Assembly: GCA_047967505.1 (NCBI GenBank)
Contig: CM106538.1
From: Dipteris shenzhenensis
Taxonomy: Eukaryota
Length of the DNA: 64,000 bases
Reading direction: 5' to 3' (one strand)
Shown: positions 40,420-52,400 of the stretch, piece by piece
Numbering within the stretch: the first letter of the stretch is position 1
Layout of the letters: each line of letters begins with the position of its first letter
Position numbers and translations under genes: made by a program
The notes under the pieces: model-generated
Told to the model about the DNA's origin: nothing
What the model saw: only the letters and a program-made list of their open reading frames with translations
Databases searched by the model: none

Positions 40420-43400
40420 TCATTCACATGCCAGTTTGGTGTCAAAGCTGCTCAAGCATATGGCAAATGCTTGGAAGGCAGATAATGGGTACCGGTAGTC
40501 CATGGTAAAAGTATCCTTTCCAACCTTCCCAAATTGAAGAAGTACCTTATCCTGATCAGCTTGGGAACCCTGTTGAGAAGGTTCTACAGCAGCTACCAGC
40601 TGAAAATTTTTAACGGATGCAACAGTGACACGCCCCCTGAAATTCAAGCACCAACACTGCAGCTGTTCGTGCCACCTCGGTGACTTATTCTTCAATGTTA
40701 ATGCTGCACGTTTACCATTCCCCTCATTGACTGGCTCAGAATCAGAAAATGTGGAGTCTGCAACAGAGGCCCTGGATCTAACAAGGGAAACTGAAGAGAA
40801 GGAACGATCAATAGGACTTAAAAAATCAGTAGGTGTAGGAGCACTCCCACCCTCCTCAACAGCAGAAACTGGAATAGAATAGAGAGTGCATTGCATCCGT
40901 CTGGGTCCCCTTGTACCTAAAACATTCAGCTCATAAGATATGTGAGCAACGTTAAACGTCCCAGCTGGAACCCGAGGAGGCATTTGCTTCGAGCCAACCC
41001 GCTTGCCTGATTGATTGATTGAGGCAATGGCACCACAATGGCAAGGCTGGCTATCATATATAGTGAACTTGGTGCCTAAGAAATTTGACCTGAAATAAGC
41101 ATTGTTAAATAGTTTTACCTCTCAAAGGCTACAATTATGCAGGATAAGCCCAAATAATGTTTTACTTCTCAATATTCTAGAAAGGTGCATTACAATCCAA
41201 TTATCCACTCCTTTCCTTGGTATATACACAGAACAGCTAAATCATGGCCATCACTTACCTTAGTTTACCCATATATGTGTCACCTCCTCTGGACATACCA
41301 TCAGCATCGAGAGAGATTATGTAGTCTGAACTAGTGGCTCTCCTAAACTTACGTGCAGCCAAAAGGAACTTCCCATTCTCTACCAATGCTGGAGAGCACA
41401 AAACAAGTAGAAAAAGTCATGTCCTAAAGTAATAGAAGAGTGCATATACAAGACCAGGAAGATTCTCAAGGACTCAGATGAGGATGATTAACAGAAAATC
41501 AAGCTTCATGCACTTTCCAGCTACACGTCATTTTGCTAAAGCAGTCCTTTCCTAAGCACCTTCGTTTGCAAAGACGTTTACAATAAAAACCTAGGCTGAT
41601 TCCGACACACAACAAAGAATAAATAGAGTCTTGGTTTCATTAGAATCGAGACACAGCCTCAACCTAACAGCCATCGAATAACATAAAGTACTACTCACAA
41701 AGGCCTACTCACAAAGGCCTTCAACCCATATAGCTTTGGCTCACACTATGGCGTATCCATTCACATCATCAATGTGCATGAAGTTATGCTAACTCAGATT
41801 TCACAATGTTCACAAGACTTCATGCACATTGATGATGTGAATGGATAGGCCATAGTGTGAGCCTACTCACAAAGGCCTTCAACCCATATAGCTTTGGCTC
41901 ACACTATGGCGTGTCCATTCACATCATCAATGTGCATGAAGTCATGCTAGCTCATATTTCACAATGTTCACAAGATTAACATACATGCAGATCATACATG
42001 CAGATACCAAAATCGGTAGTTACTTGCCTGAACATTGTGCAAGAAAAAAGAGATCCCGAAACATGAGAAAAAATATATATATAAAACCAGAAACTCACAA
42101 AAGCTCATCTTGAAAAAGCAAAATAGGAGAGTTCCATTTTAACCTTACGATGGTCAGCTATAAGGTAAAACCGTTAATACATCATGTACCGCAGGGACTA
42201 GCTATTGTGACAACCCAAAAAGGTCATCAACAACCAACATTGCGTGTAGATTATTTCTATCTACTTCAAAAGATATCAAGCTCTTTAAATTCTAACTTGC
42301 AGACAGCCTATATCAACCGACATCATGTCAGAAGCTAATGCAGACAAAATAAAGAGGGATGTGAGGGATGTTTACTTTGATACTCATGCATGCAGGCACA
42401 AGCCACTCTTCCAACGTTTCACCAGTTTCGAAAGTGGACAGCAACCTGCCTTGGTTACATTGCTCACAATACAGAAGCACACCAGCTTGAACAAACAATG
42501 ACAATGGCATTTTTAAAACGGAGCACTACAGGACTAAAAGCCTAGCTCAGATAAAGAAATACCACCGGAACTGTGCAACAGCCAGCCACACAAGCTCAAA
42601 AGATCATGCTGAATCCTCAGGTATGTTGAGCAGATCCCAATACAAACAGAAAAGCTTTAGCCCAAATTTGCATAATGAGCTCAGGAAGTCTAAAGGTAAA
42701 TTTTAGTTTTTATAGACAGCGTAAGCGAGTATGTATCAGTGCCTGCAATCATTACCATGCTTAAATGTATATCCACTTATAACTACTAGAACACATGCAA
42801 TAGTGTGTCCAATGTACATAGCATCTCCTTTGACAGGAAAAAGCTCCTCAAAAGTAACTGGGCTGCTCCTCTGACCTGTGGTCTGTGGTTTGACGCAGCC
42901 TTGGTAAATTCAGAGTAATGGGTCCCCGATCATATACCTAGATGAATCCAGGAACATTCCCAAACTCATCCTCTAAAAACACGTCATAGTGCAGTTTCAA
43001 TCTCATGATAGTCACTCATAAGGTTGAAAACCATAAACTCCATCACGCATAGCAGGGACAAGCTACTATGACATCCCCACTGACGTCATCAGCGGCCAAC
43101 TGGGGGTGTAGACCATACTATAAAAATATGCTCTCACACATACAAATCCACACCCACACATACTTGAGCATCCATTTATACAAAGTCTTCGTACAGAGTT
43201 TCTGTCGGCACTTTGGAGGTGAAGGGCAGACTCAGCCATGACGAAGGCTAGCACTCTGATGATTGATCATGTTGCACCCTCTGCATGCTTCAGTGCATTC
43301 AGTTGATTCTAGAGAGATTCAGAATTCTGGTGGAATTGTCGGTCTCGTATACCAATCCTTCAATCTCTTCCATGCACACTTTCACTGTACAACAGACTTC

Positions 43401-46400
43401 AAAGCAGATTTGATGCAGGTTGTATGATTGTGCAATCAATCGCAAGAATTGTCGTATAGATGTACGGTCAAAACACAAATCTGAACAGCAACCTGTATGA
43501 TTGCACAACCAATCGCAAGAATTGCCGTATAGATCTACGGTCAAAACACAAATCTGAACAGCGACTGTACGGATGAATTATACTACACTGTCAAGATTTT
43601 GCAAACTTGTTTATCAAGTGTACGGAAGTTGTACGGCAGCATAACGATGTAGGTACCATAACATATGATATCTACCTACCTAGATGCTAGAGCTGTAAGG
43701 AGGTGCAACGCTAAGTTGTACGGACAGCTTGTGTGAGTTGACATCTGCACTTCGAATTGCAGTTGCAATGAGGAGTAGCACGGGAACCTATGTGTGACGA
43801 CGCTGGATCAAGAGTTTGGAGCTTGGTGTAGGCAAGGGGAGTAGGAAGGATCAAACTGCTCTGATACCACTATTGGGTGCGGGTGTGGGAAGCAATGGAA
43901 TGGAGATGGAATGCAAGGGAGCAAACAACAAGCTGAGGAAATGAGAGTACTTGCAAATGGATAATGAAGAAAGTACAAGAGTGGCCACTATATGGCCCCA
44001 AAGTGAACTGGCTGACCAAGACTAGGACAAGATGTCCTAACTAGCCTACAAGGCCATATTAGGGCTAAGTGCTAACAGGCCATACCAGCGCTAAGTGCTA
44101 AAATGTCCTAACTAGCCTACCAGGCCATACTAGGGCTAAGAGAACGGGAGTAGGAAGGATCGAACTGCTCTGATACCACTATTGGGTGCGGGAAGCAATG
44201 GAATGGAGATGGAATGCAAGGGAGCAAACAACAAGCTGAGGAAATGAGAGTACTTGCAAATGGATAATGAAGAAAGTACAAGAGTGGCCACTATATGGAC
44301 CCAAAGTCAACTAATTGACCAAGACTAGGACAAAATGTCCCAACTAGCCTACAAGGCCATACCAAAGCTAAGTGCTAACAGTGATGAAGCGAACAGACTT
44401 ACCTCCTCCTTTGACTTCTCCTTGGCATTTGGATGCTTCCCGCGATGTCTTCTGCGTGAAAGGGAGGGAGAGGACATTGAGCTTGTGCTTGTTGAAGTAC
44501 TGAAACTAGAAGACTTTCTTTTGTGCTTCTTGCTAGGGAGTAGGCGATCTTCGTCGTCTTCTACTAGGCTTTGGACTCCTTCCTCTTTCCCTCAAACTAT
44601 GGCGCTTTCAAGGTGGCAATGGACTATAAGAATGCCTTCTCGAACTTTGGCACTTTCGTGGGGATTCTTTTGAAGCAATCTAGGAGAGCGTCTTCGACTC
44701 ACAAGAAACGGTTGCTTGCTTGGACACATGCTCCCTCGAATTCAAAGAGATGCTGAAATCGGGCGCTCTTCTTCAAAAACTGAAACTCTTGGATTCGGGC
44801 TTTTTTAAATTCTTCGTCAAGGTCATCATCTGGCCCTATAGGTCCCCTCTTGCTTGGTCGCCTGTAGTGGAACTTCCACGCTCTGAAGCCATGATGTGCT
44901 CACAAGTTGGAATAGATCAAGGCTGGACTGTTTTCAAAGCTTGATTGATTGGAAAAGCACTAAAAAGCAACTAATTCTTGAATCTGAATCGCACCTTGGA
45001 CAGCTCCTGGAACTTGGACAAAGATCAACTTTTCTCACAGTAAATCAACGACACGATTGGGGGACAGCAAACAGAATGGAATCAAATCGTCAGGATTGGG
45101 GGTTAATAGAAGCTTATCATTCGCTGTTTTAATCCAGCAAAATGGGGCTGAAATTGCCACACCAATATTCACCAACTTCTAAGGTGGTTTGCAGCCAAAA
45201 TCTACGTGCTTTCTTAGCTGAATCCATGATCTGAGACAAACTGATCGGGCTGGGCAAGCTGGGGCAGAATTGCAATCGAGTTCAGAACTCCCTTGTCTGA
45301 ATTATTTGCGCTGAAACCTCTCTTCTTGCTGGGTTTGCTGTCCTCTCCAATATGCCAGTGCTTGGGATCGTTGTCAGCAAGGGAAGTGGCAAAGTTGTGC
45401 TCTGATACCACTCAAACCTTCCTCATAACCAGTCAGCAGCTCCACAACAGAAATAGCAGCAAACCTGAGCTCTTGACACTTCAAAAAGTGGATGGAGCCT
45501 CAAACTCAATAATAGGGCTGAGACACGTGAGAGAGGGGAAGAGAGGGAGAAAGCGCAGCACTACGGGCCAGAAATAAAGGCTGCCCCTCCCCCCCTTCTC
45601 TCTAACCCCGAAGGTCTTTATTGCAATGTTTGTACAAGGTGGCTCACAAGGGAACAAGAGCTGAGTACAAATCACAACTCATGCTAAGAGCATGAGAGCT
45701 CTTTCTTTTATAATCTAAAGGGCAGCCATGCTTTTTGGCTTTTGCCCCAGAAAGCTAGAGCTTTCAGCCACGAAAAGCAGGCTAAAAGTGTTTTTTGGCT
45801 TTGCTCCTAAAAGCTGGGAGCTTTTCAGCAAAAAAAAAGCTGGCCTTTTTAGGAAAAGGCGCCCATAAAGCTGTAGTTGGCACGTTTTCTCCATGGGCCT
45901 CTTCCCTAAAAGTTGCTTGTCCACATTGACGCACTTTTCCCCTCAAAATGTGGGCTTTTTAGCACTTTCCAAGGTCCTACACAATCAATAAACAATATCC
46001 AAGACTTCAACCCACTAAAGGTTAGCTAATGCATGCATTCTAATTCTTGGACTAATCTTAGCCCCTTGCAGCCATCCCCACAGTGCTCACTAATCAATGT
46101 AAAACAAAGGAAAGTGAACTTGCTCTAGTTAACAAAGCCAAACTTTCTTCGACCAAAGTCAATAATAAAAGATTTATCTTTATTTCTTGAGAGAAGTACA
46201 ATTTCGAGACACCTACAGTCTGCAGGCTGACCCAGATCAGCCGACATGGAGGAGGCCAACATTCTCTGTCTCTGCCCCACATTGTCTGTATGCTGCCGAT
46301 CTGCTTGGCAGCCATTCTGGCAACCAGGCGCTACTGTTGGGGCCTATAAAACCGGCCTCTGGCAGCCCTTGTTGGTTGCTCCTTTTGCTGGCACTGCTGC

Positions 46401-49400
46401 CCACCTGGCAGCCCTTGTACCTATTGCTGTACCCAACCAATACCTGCTGCTCTGACATACTGATCTTCCAGATCCCACATCTACACCATAAACAGGAGTT
46501 TGACAAGATCATCATAGGCCTTTCCCACGTCATGCAACCAAGCTTGCCTGGAGAAGCCTCGTGATCACCCCCACTAATCAGTAACTCAAACTTGTCGAAG
46601 TCTTCGTCGACAATCTCAAGAGTTATCTTGCAAATGGAGGGTGAAAGCCTCTACAATTATACAAAAGGCTTTCACCCTCCATGCTCCATCCAGCTAAGAA
46701 TTCATGTACAAACATTCATCCCAAAACAATCTACTGACATCTCCCATGAAGCATATTGACAATTGACAATACATATCTTGGAAACCTGGTTAGGTGCTTA
46801 GCATTGGAGCATGCCAGGTACCTACCAAAAGTTCTTCCGTGCCTTTGTATAAGTCTTTACTAATGCTCCCCTTGGTGACTTTAAGCTCATCGAGCTCCAT
46901 CTCTGCACGGTGGCTAAGCAACACCTTCCAACATCCGCCACAAAGTCTTAACTATGTGCTCCACTCTTCATTGTCTTTCCTGAACATTGTCACACCTGGG
47001 TCTGTAAGATCCATTTCATGGGACAACCACATTGGTTGATGATGTTATAGATAGATCCTGCTTCGCTTAATCAGCCTTCTTCTTTTTTCAATCTTTAGCA
47101 AAATGTCACAATAGAAGCATTTCTTCTTGTTCTTCTTTACACAATCAAAAGAGTTATGTTATCATTCTTGGCATCCTTCTTTTTCTGTAGCTTCTATTTG
47201 CAGTATTTATATTTTGGTATGAGAACCTTTTCGTCATCATCATCTGTTCTCCTCTTGAAGCAATTAGCGAGCACAGTTCCTCGAACGTCATTGGCCTTGC
47301 CTATTCTCTAGAGGTGAAGTTTGTCATCAACCCTTGATAACTCTTTGGAAGCTTATTGACAAAGAGCATGGCCAACTGATTGTTGTCCACCTTCAGACTA
47401 GTTGACCCCTGAGAATCTCCATCTTACAAGGAAGTCATGGGCTGACTCTCCTTCCCCCATCATCATGGTGAGCCACTGTTTTGGGAGCATGATGATTCTC
47501 CCAATTTTTTAGTTTCACAAAAATCCTATGAGATATCCATGCTTCATGTGCTGGCAGATATGGAGTATCACCGAATCCGCAGTCGTCTCGATAATCATGG
47601 AGAGCAATTGCATTGTTGCATATGGAAAGAGCTCATGGGGGGGCATGGCTGAGGTGCTTCTGCATCTTCTTAGATTCATGATGTGCAAGGAAGGGGGGTG
47701 GCTTATAGTGGCAATGACACTTGGCAAAGCGGAGGCATGCTACTCAACAAATGTTGGGGAAGTGCCGCTTCACAAATGAGTCAAGTTTTTGAGCTCAAAA
47801 TTGATTTTTCAAGCGGAGCATGTTGGACCACTGATGCTGTTGCAGTAGAGTGACTGTGGAAGCAGAGTGTTTGTGTAATGCAGGGTAAAGAACTGAGCTC
47901 TCTGTTGCAAAAGCGTGAGCGGTGGAGTAGAGCAGCTTTGCCTACGACTACTCAGCATGTCACAATCTGTGACGTATACCTTTCTCTATACCTTAGACTT
48001 ATGGATGGTTTGATGAATGGACACTTGTGGAAGGGTATGCCTTTTCGACGGGACACTTCCTATGAGGCACAACCCTTCACAAGAGACATTCTATGGAAGA
48101 GACACTCCTATTGTAATGTACCCTCTCATCAAGGGTCACACCCTTCACAAGGGGTACACACCTCTTCATGCACATACACTTTGGAGTACACACCTTTTCA
48201 TGTGTGACTTTTCACTCTCTATATAAGAGAGGCCCAACTGTATGGATGACACACTACAGACACTCAAGCAATACAAATATTCCTTGTCCTCTGCTATTTC
48301 AGTCTCCTTTCTGTTCCTTAGCACATTTCTAAATATAGTAAATCTAGGATTTCTTACAGTGGTATCAGAGCAAATTTCGCTCCTGCCTGTAGGAAATGCC
48401 CCCCACCTTCTAGCGCCTATCTGATACATCTTTTTCCGCTAGAAGGATATCCGCGCACATTGTGCATGGAAGAGATGGAGAGAATGAGCGTAAAAATTTT
48501 TACCCACCTAAAGTCATGAATGGCCTCTCCATCTCCCTCACATCACGAGTTGATGTGAATGGACACGACAAAAATCGTGTCTTTTGATGGTGCTTGGGCT
48601 GTCCCAAAACCAAGGGACGCACCTTTTCCACCATCGGACACACCGTTTGATGAAGAGTTTTGACTCCTCACCCAAGGGACACACCCCATCGTGGAAAAAA
48701 GGACACATCTTTTCGTGTGGGGACACCCCTTTTTAAAACAGGGTCACACCCCTTCATGAAAGGGTACACCTATTCCAAGGGTCACACCCCTTAGAATAGG
48801 CACACCCTTTGGCACCAAGCACCAACTTACAAAAGGGTACCTAGAGGACCTAAAAAGGGCAACCAGCCCTACACCCAAGGCCAAACCCTAGACTACCCAA
48901 GGGTTCATTAAACCCACGTTTTAATTTTTTGGCAACTACCAACCAGCAAGGAAAAAGGGCGAAATTCAATCGCGATTTCACGTCAGCCTATTCCGCTCCA
49001 AAACAACCGTACGTGATTTCCGCCTTCTCCTTTTCAAGCATAGCAAGGGGGAAAGCGGGTTGAAGCAGGTAATCCTGCTTTGAAATGCAAAAACGAGCTG
49101 GCTTGGGAGCTGACAAAGGGGGAAAGTAGGTTAAGAATATTCGAGGTTTCTTTAAGGCGAGAGGTAGTCACCTCAATTTGACTTGGAGGCTACCGAGTGA
49201 GCATCAAATAACTTGAAAATGACTTCAGTTAGAGTCTTTAATGAACGATTAATAGACTAACTGTATTTTTGTGTTTTACCCTCGATTTTCTAGTTTTGTG
49301 ACACAGAGTTCCGTAATTACCATAATCCACGTGCTCCAAATTTATAGTATCCAGCGTGGGGGCCTAGAGAAGAGTCGTGACAAGTAGCAGGCCCCTAACA

Positions 49401-52400
49401 AGTAGGCGCAGCAATCGCGACAAATCATGAGGCTGCACTTTGGTTCAGGCTTCCATCTGGCATACACTAGATCGTTCTGCAGCGGCCAGTTCTTGCTGGC
49501 TCATCTCGCCACCTTAGCCTGTGAACAGCGGCCTTTTGCTGCCTTCCACTTCCGACCAGCCAGGCCCAGTCCTGCTCCTCGCACCCCACAGGTACTTGCC
49601 ACTGAATTCAATGCAGGAAAAGCGTGTCTAGTTCCACCCAATCTGCCCTTTTCTGCACCACACCTCTGCCAACGCCCCTATTTTCCTCGAAAGTCTCGCC
49701 AGGCACCTTTTTCTTGCTCACACTTCAACGTGAACTTGCAAAGATAGTAAATGGACCTCCGGACAGAGATTTTCAGGCCATTCTATGCAACTAATTGGCA
49801 GATCTAATCTATGCCAGGTGGATTCTTTCCATTCTATTTCTAAGGATTCTCTTTCATTTTATTATTTGACGCTCGTTATCAAATTACAGCAAATGAAAGC
49901 CTCCTCCTTAAAGCATGGAAACCCCTGGTAATTCCCCAGTCCCTTCAAGGACACCTTAGGCATCATCTACCACACAATATCGTGTTCAGATTGCACAACC
50001 AGCCCATTTCGGAGCTTTTGCATCGTGGGTCTTCTGTGTCACGTGCCCTTCCAGTGACTTGGACCACATCCTATACCTTTTGCGTGAGGCACCTCAATTA
50101 CATTACTTCCTTAGCACAGTCCAGGTTGTGTTCCGATACCCAGAACCCGATATTCCTCACGAGTTTGCTGTCCATCTTTGGAGAGACTTTTACCCCTCAG
50201 CTTCAGCATCTCCAGGGTACTCTCCACCTCTTTCAGCTCCCAGATATCCTCCTGCACAGGTTTTACCTTCCCCAAGACAGTATTTACACTCTGAAGGCAC
50301 TCCTTCTCCTGGGTATCCTCCACTCCCAACAGTAGCTCCTTATCCCTTCTCAAATCCGTGGACTCTGCAACCTACCCCTGTACTCTCACGAGCAATAACA
50401 CCCACTTCGGCATCCTAGTGTTACCTCAGACAAGACCTCCTTTACCAGATTTCCACGACTCGTTCCATCCTACTTCTCCTGCCCCCTCCAACATGAGCAA
50501 CCTCAGGAAGCAACCCAAATCTTCTTCTAGGAATGGTACACACTAGAGCGCAGGTTCGTGCTCTTCTCACAGGGACCTCAGATATGTCGCAACGCTCGCG
50601 TGCAACCTCTCTGGAGATCAGCGACTCAAATCCAAAAAAGACCCCTGAAGTCAACTTACAAGGCGAAGCACTACTTCAACTTCAAATTTCTCAGCTTCAA
50701 GACAGCATCTCCGACTTGGTCCAGAAAGTCCAACACCTCCAAGATTCTCGCAGTACCACACATACAGAGGATGACGTGACACCACCGGACGACTGTGCGG
50801 ACTCGTTCCCACCTGAGGTAGAAAACACTGAACTCCGTGCCCTCTACCGCTTACTCCAAGCTTCCAAAACTAAAAGACTTGACATTAAACTTCCGGAAGC
50901 CTACACTGGTCAACGAAATTGCCGAACAGTTGACCAATGGCTCGCAAAACTGCGCATGTACTTTAATACTGTTGACCTCACTGAAGGCAAAAAGATTGCC
51001 TTGGCAGCCTCCCTCCTCAAGGATATGGCTTTCCTATGGTGGCAACGATGCTTAAAGGACGGCAAAAGTCTGTTAACTTGGGAACGTTTTGAACACGTGC
51101 TCCGTAAGCAGTTCATACCTGCAAATGTGGACTTCCAAGCACGTTCAAAACTCAGACAGTTGGAGCAAACAGGCTCCCTGTCTTCCTACATCTCTCAGTT
51201 CATCACATTGGTGCTAGAGATTGATGGTTTAACTCATGATGATTGCCTTCATGCTTTCATCTCATGCCTAAATCCCTCGTTACGCATTGATGTCCTCAAA
51301 GCAAACATCACCAGCTGTGTCATCAAATTCGCATACGAGAGACAGCTTTTCGAACAAAGTATGGACACTATGAATGTTTGGTCATGCCTTTTGGGTTAAA
51401 CAATGCCCCGGCCACATTCATGACACTAATGAACGACATCTTCAGGCCTTTCCTCAATAAGTTTGTCATCGTTTACCTCGATGACATCCTCGTTTTCAGC
51501 AGATCCCTACATGAGCACAAACAACATCTTCACCAAGTTTTTGAAGTTCTCCGCGCAAATTCTCTCTACATCAACGTTGAGAAGAGTGAGTTCTTCAAGA
51601 CCCAACTCGAATATTTGGGACATGTTATTTCAGCTCAAGGCATCTCTGTGGATCCCAAGAAGGTCGAGGTAATCCGAAACTAGCCTACTCCTAAGAATGT
51701 TCATGATGTCCGCTCTTTTCTCGGATTGACAAACTTCTACCATACAAAGGTCTATCAGTTTTCCGAAATTGCAGCTCCTATGTCCGAATTATTGAAAAGC
51801 AAAGCAAATTTTCAGTGGCTTCCCGAAACAGAGTATAGCTTCCAACAACTCAAGCAAGCACTCACTACCACACCAATTATGGCTATTGCTCACCCAAACC
51901 TTCCATTTGAGGTCATGACCGACGCTTCCGACATCGCTACAGGAGCAGTCTTGATGCAAGAAGGCAGAGTTATTGCTTTTGACAGCCATAAACATTCTGA
52001 TATCCAAACCCGATACCCGGTTTATGATAAGGAGTTTCTTGCTGTTGTACATGTTTATCACTCTTGGAAACATTATCTCATGGGAGCCGACTCGGTCGTC
52101 AAGACAGACCATCACTCTCTAAAGTATATCTTTACTCAGCCAGTCATGAACGCTCGACAAGCACGCTAGGTTGAGTTTCTGGCCAACTTTCACATGACCA
52201 TTGAGTACATTCCAAGACTACGCAATGTAGTTGCAGATGCTCTCAGCAGGTTAACTCTAGCATCAGCTATGGTAATCTCTACATTATCTGTGGATGTTCC
52301 GAATTCATTCAAAGGGAAGTATTTCAATGATAAAGACTTCGGCACAGCAGTACAAGTTCTTTCAAAAGATCAACCTTCGACTTCCGAACAGAAGATTTTC

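Noticed and set aside
47878-48429. ORFs overlapping the LTRs (also 53804-54331)
   Set aside because: Duplicated only because they lie in LTR sequence; no coding signal.
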